DNA from: an uncultured Thermoplasmata archaeon
GTDB taxonomy: Archaea > Thermoplasmatota > Thermoplasmata > RBG-16-68-12
Assembly (NCBI GenBank): GCA_963768855.1
Contig: CAVYJM010000018.1
Span: 111,626-175,625 of the forward strand
Direction: 5' to 3'
DNA length: 64,000 nucleotides
The notes beneath the pieces are model-generated. The model saw only the letters and a list, made by a program, of their open reading frames with translations, was not told the origin of the DNA and did no database searches. The position numbers and the translations under genes were made by a program. Shown here in pieces: positions 16,807-28,000 of the stretch (its first letter is position 1; every line of letters begins with the position of its first letter).

Positions 16807-17100
16807 TCACACGGCGAGGAGGGCCTGGACGAGCACCAGACCGCCGGCGACGACGAGGACGACCCCGATCGCCCGGGACGCGAAGGGGGGCCGCCAGCCG
16901 ATCTTCTCGACGAAGATTCGCGATCGAGATCCCGCCCATCCAGACGAGGCTCATCGCGCCGGAGACGAAGAGGACGAGTATGAAGAGCCAGCAGCACCCG
17001 ATGCAACACGGCGCATGGTGCATCCCCATCCGCCATGCGCCCCTCCGCCCGCTGCGCCAGTGCTCCATGACGAACCCGAGCGGGGACTGGCAGTGGATCA
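16807..17100 (-). pseudogene. Truncated, frameshifted DUF2182 (metal-binding membrane protein) remnant
   Basis: HCQSPLGFVMEHWRSG...CIGCCW...GAMSLVWM then a frameshift into FVEKI; N-terminal half absent. Confidence 0.7.
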
Positions 17101-17126
17101 GAACCCACCCTGGGCGTGCAGGGCGG

Positions 17127-18086
17127 TCAACGCGCTCGGCGCTTGACGACCGCCCGCGCCGCCTCGGCCACCTTCGCCGCGGTCAGGCCGTACTTCGCGA
17201 ATAGCTCCTCGGACTCCCCGCTCTCCCCAAAGACGTCCTGCACGCCGACGAACGCCATGGGCACGGGATGGTTCTGGACCACCACCGAGGCCACCGCGCC
17301 GCCGATGCCGTGGACCACGGTGTGCTCCTCCGCGGTCACGATGCCGCCGGTCTCCCGCGCCGCCTTGTCGATCGTGGCCACGTCGAGCGGCTTGACCGTC
17401 GAGAGGTTGATCACGCGCGCGCTGATCTTCTCCTGGGCGAGGGTCTCGGCCGCCTGAAGGCAGCGGGCCACCATCACGCCGCAGCCGACGAGCGTGACGT
17501 CCGATCCGTCCCGCATCACGGTCGCCTTCCCGATCTGGAAGCGGTCCTCGGGGCCCGTCAGCGTGGGCACGTTCGACCGAGAGAAGCGGCAGTAAACGGG
17601 TCCCTGGACCGCGACGGCGGCCTCGACGCATCGGCCCGTCTCGGGCCCGTCCGCGGGGACGAGGACCGTCATCCGCGGCAGGCCGCGCATGAGTCCGATG
17701 TCCTCATTGATCTGGTGCGTCGCCCCGTCCGGCCCGACACTGAGCCCGGCGTGGGAGCAGAAGATCTTCACGTTCAGCCTCGTGTACGCCACGTTCTGCC
17801 GGATGATGTTGTACGTGTGCGCGCTCCCGAAGACGGAGTAGGTGGAGGCGAAGGCGATCTTGCCGGCCGCCGCCAGGCCCGCGGCGATGCTCATCATGTT
17901 CGGCTCCGCGATGCCGACCTGGAACAGCCGGTCGGGGAACGCCTTACCGAAGTCGACCGTCTTGATGGACTCGGTCGTGTCCGCTCCCACCACGACAAGG
18001 TCCGGGTTCGTCTTCCCGAGCTCCACGAGCGCCTTGCCGAAGTAGCCGCGCATGCTCTCCGATTTCCACGGCTGCGGCAGCGTCAT
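17127..18086 (-). CDS. tktB: Transketolase, C-terminal subunit
   Basis: VGIAEPNM, GPDGATHQ, TAEEH motifs. Confidence 0.92.
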   Translation of the reverse strand: MTLPQPWKSESMRGYFGKALVELGKTNPDLVVVGADTTESIKTVDFGKAFPDRLFQVGIAEPNMMSIAAGLAAAGKIAFASTYSVFGSAHTYNIIRQNVAYTRLNVKIFCSHAGLSVGPDGATHQINEDIGLMRGLPRMTVLVPADGPETGRCVEAAVAVQGPVYCRFSRSNVPTLTGPEDRFQIGKATVMRDGSDVTLVGCGVMVARCLQAAETLAQEKISARVINLSTVKPLDVATIDKAARETGGIVTAEEHTVVHGIGGAVASVVVQNHPVPMAFVGVQDVFGESGESEELFAKYGLTAAKVAEAARAVVKRRAR

Positions 18087-18919
18087 GGCGGCACCACCAG
18101 TTCCGCGAGGGCCTCCTTGTACTCTTCGTCCGTCGTCGCGGCCCCGTGGTACTTGATCTTGTTCTCCATGAACGAGACGCCCTTCCCCTTGACCGTGCGG
18201 GCGAGGATCACGGTGGGCCGACCCTTCGTCCCCTGGGCCTCCTCGATCGCCGCGAGGATCTGGCGGAAGTCATGCCCGTCGATCGTGAGGACGTTCCAGT
18301 TGAAGGCCCGCCACTTTTCGGCGAGCGGCTCGAGCGGCATGATGTCCTCCGTGCGGCCCTCCTGCTGGATGCCGTTCCGGTCCACGAAGGCCGTGAGGTT
18401 GTCGAGGCCGTACTTGGCCCCCGCCATCGCGGCCTCCCAGGTCTGCCCGACGTCCTGCTCGCCGTCGCCCATGATGCAGTAGACCCGCCAGGGCTTGTGG
18501 TCCGTGCGCGCGGCGAGCGCGAGGCCGACGGAGAAGGAGAGACCCTGCCCCTCCGCGCCCGCGGCGTTCTCGATCCCCGGGGTCGTGCCGAGCTCGGGGT
18601 GGCCCTGGAGGCGGCTGTTGATCTTGCGGAACGTCAGGAGCTCCTCAACCGGGAAGAAGCCGCGCTCGGCCAGGGCGGCATACCACACCGGGCAGGCGTG
18701 GCCCTTGCTCAGGACGAACCGATCGCGATCGGGCCACGTCGGGTTCTTCGGGTCCACGCGCAGCGTCCGGAAGTAGAGCGCGGTCACGAGGTCGCACGCG
18801 CTCAGCGAGCCGCCGGGGTGGCCGCTCTGGGCCGCGTGGGTCATCTGGATGATGTGGCGCCGGAGGATCGTCGCTTGTCGCTTCAGATTCGCGATCGTCT
18901 CTTCCGTGATTTCGCCCAT
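18083..18919 (-). CDS. tktA: Transketolase, N-terminal subunit
   Basis: GHPGGSLS, DRFVLSKGHA, GDGEQDVGQTWEA (TPP-binding). Confidence 0.93.
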   Translation of the reverse strand: MGEITEETIANLKRQATILRRHIIQMTHAAQSGHPGGSLSACDLVTALYFRTLRVDPKNPTWPDRDRFVLSKGHACPVWYAALAERGFFPVEELLTFRKINSRLQGHPELGTTPGIENAAGAEGQGLSFSVGLALAARTDHKPWRVYCIMGDGEQDVGQTWEAAMAGAKYGLDNLTAFVDRNGIQQEGRTEDIMPLEPLAEKWRAFNWNVLTIDGHDFRQILAAIEEAQGTKGRPTVILARTVKGKGVSFMENKIKYHGAATTDEEYKEALAELVVPP

Positions 18920-19165
18920 GGCCGCCTCCCACCCGCTCGCCCCTTCCCTCGGGGGATGCGGCGGGAGAAGACCCCTTGGACTTAAGGGCTTTGGTCGTCC
19001 GTGGCGGTGGGACCCATGTCGTTGAAACAAAGAGCCCGTGACGCCCTCGTCCCCCGGCGCGGCCGTCGCCCCCGAGCGGCTGCACGCCATCGTAAGTTTC
19101 TTGTAACGACGACCCGATGGGTACTACGTGGAGTCGATGCCGCAATCGCCGGAGGGAGTGATGTC

Positions 19166-19840
19166 ATGCGGACGCTGACGGAGCGGGGGCTTCGGTGGAT
19201 CGTGGTCTCCTTGGCGCTTGCACTCGGCGCGAACGCCGTCTTCTTTGGGTTCTCCGTGGTCGTCATCGGTGGCCCCGGACTTGACCTTGGAACTTGGACG
19301 CTCGTTCTGGGGCTCTGGGAAGCTCTCCTCTTCGCAAGCGTCGTGCCGGGATTCCTCGGGTTCTGGCGAATGTGGCAGGGCAAGCGCGAATACAACTCGA
19401 AGCGCGATCACGACATGAAATGGGCCAGCGCCGCATTCGTCCTTGGCGCGGTGAGCGCCCTCATGTTCTTTGGCACCGGCGTGGTCCTCGGGCTCTTCTA
19501 CGTGCAGGCGACGTCCGCGCCAGGCTGGACGCTCCGGGCAGCGCATCAGAGTGCGCCGGTCCTGCTCGTGATCCTCGTCGGTTTGTTCCTGCTTTGGACC
19601 ATCTGGCGGCTGGGAACGACACTGTCTCGGTGGGTCGCCGCCGGGGCGTTTCTGTCCGGGGTTCTGGTGCTGGTCCTCGGCACACTTACCGTGGCGTATT
19701 CGCTTCCCATGAGCGTATGGGACATCGCACTCGCGCTGCCGGTCCTTTCCGTTGGCCTGTGGCTAGTGGCATATCTGCTCGTCACGGCGCACCTTCGGGA
19801 TGGCAGTCCCCGACCGTCCGCGAGTCCCGCGACGACCTGA
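19166..19840 (+). CDS. Hypothetical multi-pass membrane protein
   Basis: About 6 hydrophobic segments; less GC3-biased codons. Confidence 0.6.
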   Translation: MRTLTERGLRWIVVSLALALGANAVFFGFSVVVIGGPGLDLGTWTLVLGLWEALLFASVVPGFLGFWRMWQGKREYNSKRDHDMKWASAAFVLGAVSALMFFGTGVVLGLFYVQATSAPGWTLRAAHQSAPVLLVILVGLFLLWTIWRLGTTLSRWVAAGAFLSGVLVLVLGTLTVAYSLPMSVWDIALALPVLSVGLWLVAYLLVTAHLRDGSPRPSASPATT

Positions 19841-20125
19841 GGCAGCATCGCACTACCGTCGTTGGCGTCCGCCCTCGTCGCCCCCGAGCGGACCACCCGC
19901 CTCCGGAATGCATTTGGGAGCGATATCCTGGATGAATCCTGCATGAGGACCATTTGGGTGTGCAGGTAGGGGGTCGGAAGCGGGATGGGAAGATGCTAGG
20001 GTCGCCCTCATGGGTTGGACAGGCGGCGAAGACTGCCAACTGGTGCGCTCGTCGCCTCAAGTTCGGCCGTCAGGGTTGCCCAAAGAGCATTGGCCGCGCC
20101 GGAGCAAAGTCCGCGAGGACGCGCA

Positions 20126-20353
20126 CTATCGGGGATGCGCCGGCCGCCGCACCGCTCCCCGGATCAGGAGGCCCACGAACGCGGCCAGGAAAGCGACGGT
20201 GATCGCGAGGGTGGCGAACTCGGGAGCGTCGGATGCGGACGAGGCGAAGGTCAGCACCACGATGACCGCCACGGCGAACGGCACGAACCAGAACCCCGCG
20301 ATCCAAAGCGGCTCCAGGACCCAGCGGTTGGGGCGTGGCTCCGAGCCCGTCAC
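20126..20353 (-). CDS. Small 2-TM hypothetical protein; start uncertain
   Basis: Two hydrophobic helices in a GC3-rich frame. Confidence 0.4.
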   Translation of the reverse strand: MTGSEPRPNRWVLEPLWIAGFWFVPFAVAVIVVLTFASSASDAPEFATLAITVAFLAAFVGLLIRGAVRRPAHPR

Positions 20354-20399
20354 GGACCCGAATGGAGGGACGGGGTAGATACGCCCGCCGCTCGCCGAC

Positions 20400-21095
20400 T
20401 CAGCTTGGGCCGCGGGCCGCCTCGTCCGCGACCTTGCGGATCCGGGCGATGTTCTCCGCCACGTGGTCGGGAAACACCCCGGAGCCGGACACGAGGATGT
20501 CGGCGCCCGCGCCTGCCGCGGCCGCGGCCGTGTCGGCCTTGATGCCGCCATCCACCTGGAGTTCCACGCGGAGGCGGTTCCGATCGATGAACGAACGCGC
20601 CTCGCGGATTTTGGGAAGGACATCAGCGCGGAAAGCCTGGCCCGCGAAACCCGGGTGGACTGTCATCACCAGGAGCAGGTCCACCTCCTTCAGGTAGGGG
20701 ACCGCCTTCTCGAACGGCGTCGCGGGGTTCAGCACGAGCCCGGGCCTCACGCCCGCGTCGCGGATGGCCCGGATCGTGGCGTGCGGGTCGTGGTCGCTCT
20801 CCACGTGCACGGTCAGGTCATCGACGCCCGCCTCGGCGAACGCCTTCACGAAATCCTGGGGTCGTGTGACCATCAGGTGGGCGTCGAACGGGACCCGGGT
20901 CAGCGGGCGGATCGCCTTCACGATGGCCGGGCCCATCGTCAGGTTCGGGACGAAGTGGCCGTCCATGACGTCGATGTGGAGCAGGTCCGCGCCTGCGTCG
21001 ACGGCCTCTTTGACCTGCTCCCCGAGGCGGTCGAACCGGGCGGAGAGGATCGAGGCCGCGATCTTGATGGCCACGGGCGCGGCGAATGCGCGCAA
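20400..21095 (-). CDS. rpe: Ribulose-phosphate 3-epimerase
   Basis: LHIDVMDGHFVPNLTMG, DAHLMV, MTVHPGFAGQ, VDGGI. Confidence 0.95.
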   Translation of the reverse strand: MRAFAAPVAIKIAASILSARFDRLGEQVKEAVDAGADLLHIDVMDGHFVPNLTMGPAIVKAIRPLTRVPFDAHLMVTRPQDFVKAFAEAGVDDLTVHVESDHDPHATIRAIRDAGVRPGLVLNPATPFEKAVPYLKEVDLLLVMTVHPGFAGQAFRADVLPKIREARSFIDRNRLRVELQVDGGIKADTAAAAAGAGADILVSGSGVFPDHVAENIARIRKVADEAARGPS

Positions 21096-21152
21096 GGAGA
21101 ATAAGGGTTCCCTCCCCCGCGGGGGCGCCGCGGAGGAGGTTGGGTCCCGGGC

Positions 21153-22139
21153 TCAGGGATACGTGTACGCGACGAGGTCCGCCCGGAGCGACAGGTCGTC
21201 CCACGGGCCGAGGGTCGCCTGCGCCTTCACGACGTTGCCGACCTGGCCGCTGTACCAGAGCACGGCGAGCGCCTGGGACGGCTCCATCTCCACGGAGGTC
21301 GTCACGTTCATGACCTCGCTGGCCACACGGTCGGAGAGGTCGTCATCGTGGCCGGCGGCGACCTGGACCGGGATCGCGCCGAAGGTCCCCGCGGGGACCG
21401 TCACGTTCGACGCGGAGCCGGTGTGGACCGCGAGATCGAGGGCGAACGTCTCGTTCGACGAGCGGTTCCAGGTGTACGTGTGGTTGCCGTACGTCACGAG
21501 CGCCTCGGACCGGTGGTGGACCGACACGTTCGACGCGGCCGCCCAGCTCGCGTTCGCGGTCACCGGAAACTGCCACAGGGCGAGCGCAGGCGCATAGGCC
21601 GTCCAGGTGCTGGCCGTGTACACGTAGCTGAAGGTCTGGTTCTCGTACGTGTACGAGCCGTTCATCGAAAGGGTCCAAGCCGCTCCCACGCGCGCGAGGT
21701 CCGACGTCCGGTAGAGGATGTACCCGGCCACGCTCGCGGTGCGATACGTGGCGGAACTGTCCTCCCTCGAGCAGAAGGAATCACTCAGCGTGTACGACGC
21801 CGTGACGGTCACGTTGTAGACGGAGCCCGCGGGGTTCGACTCGGTCCCTGCGACGGCCTCCTTCACCCAGCCATGCAGCAGGGGGGATCCGTCCGCGTCC
21901 TGCGTGTCGATCCCGGATCGACCCACCGTCACGTTGTACGTCCACGAGTCGCCGGAGTCCCAGGCGGGGACGGAGTAGTTCCCGACGTTCCCTCCAGTAC
22001 CCGGGTTCGACGGATTGCTCGTCGGGGCCCCGGGGGTGTTCGGCGTCTCTTTCTGAACGTTCGGCGACAGAACGAGTCCTGCGAGGATGACCGCGACGGC
22101 GATCACGACCGCGAGGACGATGTATCGTTTCCCCTTCAT
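21153..22139 (-). CDS. Exported/membrane-anchored hypothetical protein, paralog A
   Basis: N-terminal TM; WxxGDxWTYNV and NVTVPAGTF motifs. Confidence 0.75.
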   Translation of the reverse strand: MKGKRYIVLAVVIAVAVILAGLVLSPNVQKETPNTPGAPTSNPSNPGTGGNVGNYSVPAWDSGDSWTYNVTVGRSGIDTQDADGSPLLHGWVKEAVAGTESNPAGSVYNVTVTASYTLSDSFCSREDSSATYRTASVAGYILYRTSDLARVGAAWTLSMNGSYTYENQTFSYVYTASTWTAYAPALALWQFPVTANASWAAASNVSVHHRSEALVTYGNHTYTWNRSSNETFALDLAVHTGSASNVTVPAGTFGAIPVQVAAGHDDDLSDRVASEVMNVTTSVEMEPSQALAVLWYSGQVGNVVKAQATLGPWDDLSLRADLVAYTYP

Positions 22140-22310
22140 CCATGCACCTCCTGACGGGTGCGGCCAGACACGGGGCGGGTATTTCCGTTTTGTAGAACAC
22201 CTGTCGAACAAATGTCTGACATTGACAAAACGTCGGACGCCACGGACCGAGGTTCAGAAAGAGATCCCTCCCCCGGCGGATGGTGCCGGGAGAGGGCGGG
22301 GCGACTTCGC

Positions 22311-23330
22311 TCAGCTGAAGGCGTAGGACACGAGGTCCAGTTCGACGCGCGGCCTGTCGAAGAGTCCAGACCCGAAATCCGCCCGAACGACGTTCCCGGC
22401 CTGGGCGCTGAACCAGGCCGTCGCGAACGATCGGGGCATCTCGAAGTCCATCTCCCCGGTCAGGTTCATCATCGCGCTTGCATCCCGATCCGGAATCTCT
22501 CCGAACCGGAGACCGTGCGAGGCCCACGCCGGGAGGGCACGGAACGTGCCCGCGGGCGTCGTCACGTTCTCGAAGAAGCCCGTGTGCATCGCGACGTCCA
22601 CCGGAATCGTGAAGTTCGCGAAGTGGTCCGCCTCGTACGTGACGTTCGGTCCGAGGATCCGGAACGCGGACGCATAGTGGATCGTGGCGTTCGAGCTCGC
22701 GTTCCACGAGGCGTTCTCCTCGAGCGGGAACTGCCAGATCGCAAGGGGTGGGGCATACCAGACCTGGGTCGTCGCGTCGTAGCTCAGGGAATACGTCGTG
22801 TTCGCGAGCATGCCGTACCAGCCCGATAGGCCGTCCCATAGCGTCCAGTTGCGATCCAGGTGCACCGTCTTCAGGGAGTAGATCGGGGCGAGGTCCGACT
22901 GGCGTAGCCAGACGAACCCGGACGTCTTCACCGCGGGCATCGAGAGGGACTGGACCGTCGGCTCCGTCGACAGCATCGCCGGCGGAGATTCGAACCCGAA
23001 GCTTCCGTCAAGCGTGACGTTCCATGCCTCGCCGGACGGCGTGGAGACGCTGCTCACGACCGTTTCGGTGAGCGTCCCGACGACGAACGACTCATTCGAG
23101 ACTGTCGCCACGGGCATCATCGTGACCGGAAGGATTTCTTTCTCTCCCGTCGAGGTCAGCGAAACGTTGTAGGTCCAGCGGTCCCCGACGTTCCAAGCAG
23201 GGGCCGAGACCGACGTCGAGGGCGGACCTTGGGAGAGGCCTGTCAGAATCCCCGGCGCGATCGCCAGCGAGGCGACCACAAGGACTAGCACCAACGTGGG
23301 CAGGGCGATTACCAGAAGGCTCTTTCGCAT
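22311..23330 (-). CDS. Exported/membrane-anchored hypothetical protein, paralog B
   Basis: Shares WNVGDRWTYNV, LAIWQFP, NVTTPAGTF, QAGNVV with 21153-22139. Confidence 0.75.
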   Translation of the reverse strand: MRKSLLVIALPTLVLVLVVASLAIAPGILTGLSQGPPSTSVSAPAWNVGDRWTYNVSLTSTGEKEILPVTMMPVATVSNESFVVGTLTETVVSSVSTPSGEAWNVTLDGSFGFESPPAMLSTEPTVQSLSMPAVKTSGFVWLRQSDLAPIYSLKTVHLDRNWTLWDGLSGWYGMLANTTYSLSYDATTQVWYAPPLAIWQFPLEENASWNASSNATIHYASAFRILGPNVTYEADHFANFTIPVDVAMHTGFFENVTTPAGTFRALPAWASHGLRFGEIPDRDASAMMNLTGEMDFEMPRSFATAWFSAQAGNVVRADFGSGLFDRPRVELDLVSYAFS

Positions 23331-23453
23331 CGTGCTCCGCCTCCTCGCAAGACTCGATAGGCATCAGATCGGGAGGCTATTTCCCGCTTATTGGACGCCT
23401 GTGGAAGACCGGCCGCACTCCCGGACTTCGGTGTCCCGAAACGCGGAGCCGGA

Positions 23454-24065
23454 TCAGTGGCGAGCGGGCTGCCGGATCACCGTCTTGAGCTTCTCCGGCG
23501 CGGAACGTCGCGGGTCGCCGAGGTAAATCTCGTGGTGCTTCCCCGAGAGGCGGTAGCCGCTCTCGCGGATGAACGCGTGAACCCGCTCGATCGTCGGGCG
23601 CTCCGCGGAGTACGGGCCGATGTACATGATCTGGGCCACCGTGCCCTCCCGCCACCGCTCGAAGCGGACCTTCGTCAAGGCGGGCGGATCCTTCTTCTCG
23701 CGCAACTGGGACGCCGCGTCCTCGAAGTCTTTGCGCCTGACCACGTCGGGCTGCATGATCAGGGAGGTCCACTTCCACTCATCTTTCGCATCGATGGAGA
23801 ACCCGCCATCGTCCTCCGTCCACCACAGGCTCTCCAGTGGGCCTGCCTTGTAGTCCGCGACGCCGGCGTGCTTGAGCATGAACTTGAGTGTGTACGAGAC
23901 GCCGAAGAGCGCTTCGAGCGCCTGGATGTAGTCCGGACTTCCGTTCGGGTTCCCGACCCCATCGACCATGGCGAACTGCATCGCGGGCACATCCACGAGG
24001 ACGACGTCCTTTGCGCCGGGAAGGTACAGGTGCCCGAACTCCTTCTTGAAATCGATCTTCTTCAT
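23454..24065 (-). CDS. GyrI-like small-molecule-binding domain protein
   Basis: KIDFKKE start, PLESLWW, YIGPYSAE, GKHHEIYLGDPRR. Confidence 0.85.
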   Translation of the reverse strand: MKKIDFKKEFGHLYLPGAKDVVLVDVPAMQFAMVDGVGNPNGSPDYIQALEALFGVSYTLKFMLKHAGVADYKAGPLESLWWTEDDGGFSIDAKDEWKWTSLIMQPDVVRRKDFEDAASQLREKKDPPALTKVRFERWREGTVAQIMYIGPYSAERPTIERVHAFIRESGYRLSGKHHEIYLGDPRRSAPEKLKTVIRQPARH

Positions 24066-24232
24066 TGCGGCCACGCCCCCTGAGACTCGCGGTCCCAAGG
24101 AGAGCACCACGGCCGCCATGTAGGATTCGCAACGGCCATGCCGGACGGTACATACCGCGACGAGGCCGGATGCGTCGGAAAGGGAGGCGTCGCAAACCTT
24201 TAAGCGCACGAGGTCATCGAGGCGCCCCGTCC

Positions 24233-24400
24233 ATGGCCCGGATCCCGTGGTCCCTCATCGTCGGCCTCGTCATCCCACTGATCCTCATCGTGGTCAACCT
24301 CGTGTGGAACCTCGGCGGGATCTTGATCCTCATCCTGTTGTTGCTGTGGCTCGGCCTCGGCGTGATCTTCGTCACGCCAGAGGACCGCGGGACCGCCTAG
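24233..24400 (+). CDS. Small membrane protein
   Basis: Two TM helices in 55 aa; TTTAAG promoter-like motif upstream. Confidence 0.6.
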   Translation: MARIPWSLIVGLVIPLILIVVNLVWNLGGILILILLLLWLGLGVIFVTPEDRGTA

Positions 24401-24759
24401 CCTTCGAGGGAATCGCCGGAGACGCTCAGCGCCACCCATTCATCGATGGACTGCACGTCCTCCAGGAGGACCGTCAACATCTCACCTTGTTCGTCCTCTA
24501 CGATCAGGGAATCGAGAACGTCCTCGGCCTCCACGGTGTCCCGCACGACGCCGAGGAACTCTCCGTCGCTGTCCACGACGTTCAGCCCCGCGAGAATCTC
24601 GACGAGCGGCCCCTTGAGCGTCACCTTGTCCGCGATCGACCCTAGGTACCGCCGCCCGAGGCGCAGGGTGCCCGTGGACCCGTCCCCGATCACGAGGAAG
24701 GCCTCTTCTTCCGAGGAGACGTACCCGAGCTCGATCCCGTCTGGGTCCACCACCGCCAT
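24397..24759 (-). CDS. PRC-barrel-like protein
   Basis: Two GxxVVDxDGxxLGxV repeats. Confidence 0.6.
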   Translation of the reverse strand: MAVVDPDGIELGYVSSEEEAFLVIGDGSTGTLRLGRRYLGSIADKVTLKGPLVEILAGLNVVDSDGEFLGVVRDTVEAEDVLDSLIVEDEQGEMLTVLLEDVQSIDEWVALSVSGDSLEG

Positions 24760-25022
24760 CCCGATGAGGGATGCACCCCTTCGAGCTGCCAACCCATGAC
24801 CTCCCCGGACCGCCCCGGCGGGACGGTCGGGTCAGCGGCCGATGAAACCGGGCCTACTTGAAGCTTTTCGGCATGCCGCCGTTCCCGCGGACGAGGCGGC
24901 CCGAGAGGGCTATATCGTTATCGCCCTCGATATCGAGGGCGCTTCTTTTATACCCGAAACCCCGCCATCGCGACGGTCGTCCCTCCTCTCCTATACAGGG
25001 GAGAATCGACTCGGTCGGTAGC

Positions 25023-28000
25023 ATGCCGCGATGCGTCCTCTGCGAATCCGAAGTCCCCGACGGGCGGACCACATGCGACGCCTGCGGACAGCCGCTCGAT
25101 CGGCCCGTGACCGGCGCGGCCTCGGCCGGCGCGGTCCGCAAGGCCCTCGAGGGAGCGCGCAAGGACCTCGCCGCGGCCACCCATGACCGCGTGGACATCG
25201 CCTTCGCCCGGGGACTCGTGGAGCGGGCGGAGCAGACGGAGGCGGCCGGGGAGCTCGGACGCGCCCTGGACCTGGCCCGCGCCTCCCGGCGGGCGATCGA
25301 CCTCACGAAGCGCCGCGCGCGCGTCGCGGACGCTTTGGCCCGAGCGGAGGCCGTCCTCGCGGGGGCCAAGCAGGCCGGCATCGAGACGACCGCCTTCGAG
25401 TGGAACATCGCGAAGGCGAAGGCCCGCGCCAACACGGGCGACGCGGCAGGGGCCGAGAAGCTCCTGCGCCGCATCTCCATCCGCACCCTCGACCAGCGTC
25501 GGGAGCGGCTCCTCCAGAAAGTCCTCGACAACGCCCAGGCCCGCGTGAACTACGCACGGGAGCGTGGAGGCAGCGTCATGGACGCCGAGGCGGTCCTCGC
25601 CGACGCCCGGGAGGCACTCGCCCTCCGCGACTACGCGAAGATCCGACCCCTCACCGCCAAGGCGATCGAGAAGGCGGAGGCCGCCCGGAAGTACGCCCGA
25701 GCGGAACGGATCCTGGACGGCGCGGCCGTCGAGGTGGACTCCGCCCGGAAGGCGGGCGTCAACATCACCGATTCCCGAAAGCATCTCACGAGCGCCCGCG
25801 ATGCCCTGAGGAAAGGCGTCTTCGCGGACGTCCAGACCCTCGCGCAGAAGGCCCGGCACGGGCTGCAAGAGGCCCGGCGCCGCGCCGCCGCGGAGGGCGT
25901 GCTCCGCGAGGCCGAGCGGGAGACAGGCCGGGAAGGGCACAAGGGCGTCGATGTCACTCATGCGGAGGCCTTCCTCCAGGAAGGCGGCAAGGCCCTGCAG
26001 AACCGGGACTACCCGAAGGTCCGCGAGAACGCGGCGGACGCCCATGATGCCGTGCGGGAAGCGGTCCTCCTGAAGCGTGTGGAGGACTCCCTAGCTGCGC
26101 TGCGTCTCGACCTCGAGGATCTGCAGAAGCTCGGCGCGGACTCCTCCGAGTTCGAGTCGGTCCTCGCCGACCTCACCAAGGCGGTCGGCTCCCATGATCT
26201 CGGCGGAGCCCGGAGGCTCGTGGCCCATGCGCGGCACGCGGCGGAGACCGCCCGCGATGCCCACTACCGCGGCGTCATGGAGCGCTCCCTGAAGGTCATC
26301 CTGATCAACGCATCCCGCGGGCTGGACCCAGAGGTGGGCCGGCAGCTCCTGCGCCAGGTCGACGACGCGATCTCGCTCGGGAAGACCGTGGACCTCCAAT
26401 CCCTCATCGACCAGCATCTCCAGACCGCGGACACGGAGACGGAAAGGAAGCTCAATGACCGCGTCCTGGTGGCGCGCGACGAGATCGTCAAGCTGCGCCA
26501 GGCCGGGCAGGACACCGTCGCCATGGAAGGGAAGCTCGCGGACGCCGCAATCGCGATCCAGGAGGGGCGGTTCCCCAACGCGGACGGCCTCCTCGACGCG
26601 GTCGAGCACGATTTCCAGACGATGCGCGAGACCCTCCGAGGCGAGGCCGCCGAAGTCCTCGGCCGCGCGCGCGGGGAAATCGACCATGCCCAGGCCGCCG
26701 GCGTCCCGGTGGATTCCCCCGTTCTGATGATGCTCAAGGAGGCCGAGTCGGCCTACGCGGAGAGCCGCTACGGCGACACGGTCTACGTCGGCAAGTCGTG
26801 CATCGACGAGGTCCAGCGGATTACGACGGAGGCGCGGCAGGTCAAGGCCGCGTCGACCCAGCAGCAGGCCCGTGTGAAGGCGGAGCGGATCCAGGGGCTC
26901 CGCGACCGGATGCAGACCCTCGGCACGGAGGTCCAACGCCTCGTCGAGGAGAACCTGGACCTGGCGAAGGCGATGTCCCTCCTGTCCAGCGCAGAGCTGG
27001 CCATCAAGGACGACGACCTCGACCGCGCGGAACGGTACGTGTCCGCGGCGGAGGGACTTGTCGACGGGGCGAAGACCGCACTCACGCGGGAGGCGACCGA
27101 GGCGATCGAGCGGCTGAGGGAGAAGGTCGCCGCGGCCCGCGACGAGGGGTTCCTTTCACCCGAAATGGAGTCGGGTCTCGCGGAGGCGGAGACCCACCTC
27201 AAGGAGGACCGGGCGGGCCACGCCCTGCGCGCCGCCAAGGCCCTGGAGCAGACGATCGAGGCGAAGCGCCACGAGCGCCTCGTCGAGCAGCAGCGGGTCG
27301 CCATGGACAAGGCGAAGTCCGCAGCCACGAAGTTCATCGCGGTCAAGAAGATCATCGAAGACCTCCGCAAGGCGGACATCGACATCACCGGCGCGGAAGA
27401 GGATCTCCACAAGGCGGAAAAGGCGCTGGACGAGCGCGCGTTCGATGATGTGGACGCGATCCTCACTGAACTCGACGAAACCGCCAAGGAGCTCATGGAC
27501 GAGCTCGTCGCCGCGGCCCGCGCCCTCATCCAGCGGGCCGAGAGGCGAATCCAGGAAGGCAAGGAGAAGGGCATCGACACCGCAGAGGCGTCGGAGCAGC
27601 TCGCACGGGCCCAGGGTCACTTCGACCACACCGAGTACGCGGACGCCGTGGAGTTCGCGCGGGCCGCCGAGACGAAGGTCACCGAGGCTCTCAAGATCAT
27701 CGAGGACACGAAGGCGCTCGAGGCCCGCCGGGCACAGGAGACGGCTCGCGGGGAGCTCCAGTCCCTCCGCAAGGTCATCGCCGACCTGGCGCGTGCCGAC
27801 ATCGCCATGGTGAACGCGGACGGCGCGATGGCACGGGCGGAAAGAGCCTTCGAAGAGGGGCGCTACTCCGAGGTCCACGCAGAGCTCGCGGAGACCAAGG
27901 AGATGGCCCATGGTCTCACGATCGGCCTCGAGGCCGCCGCTCGCGACCTCGTCGGGACCGCGGAGCGCGACGTCGAGGAAACCCGCACGGCCGGGTTGGA

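Noticed and set aside
13932-21095. tal, tktA/B and rpe cluster as a novelty
   Set aside because: The non-oxidative pentose phosphate pathway is established in Thermoplasmata-type archaea
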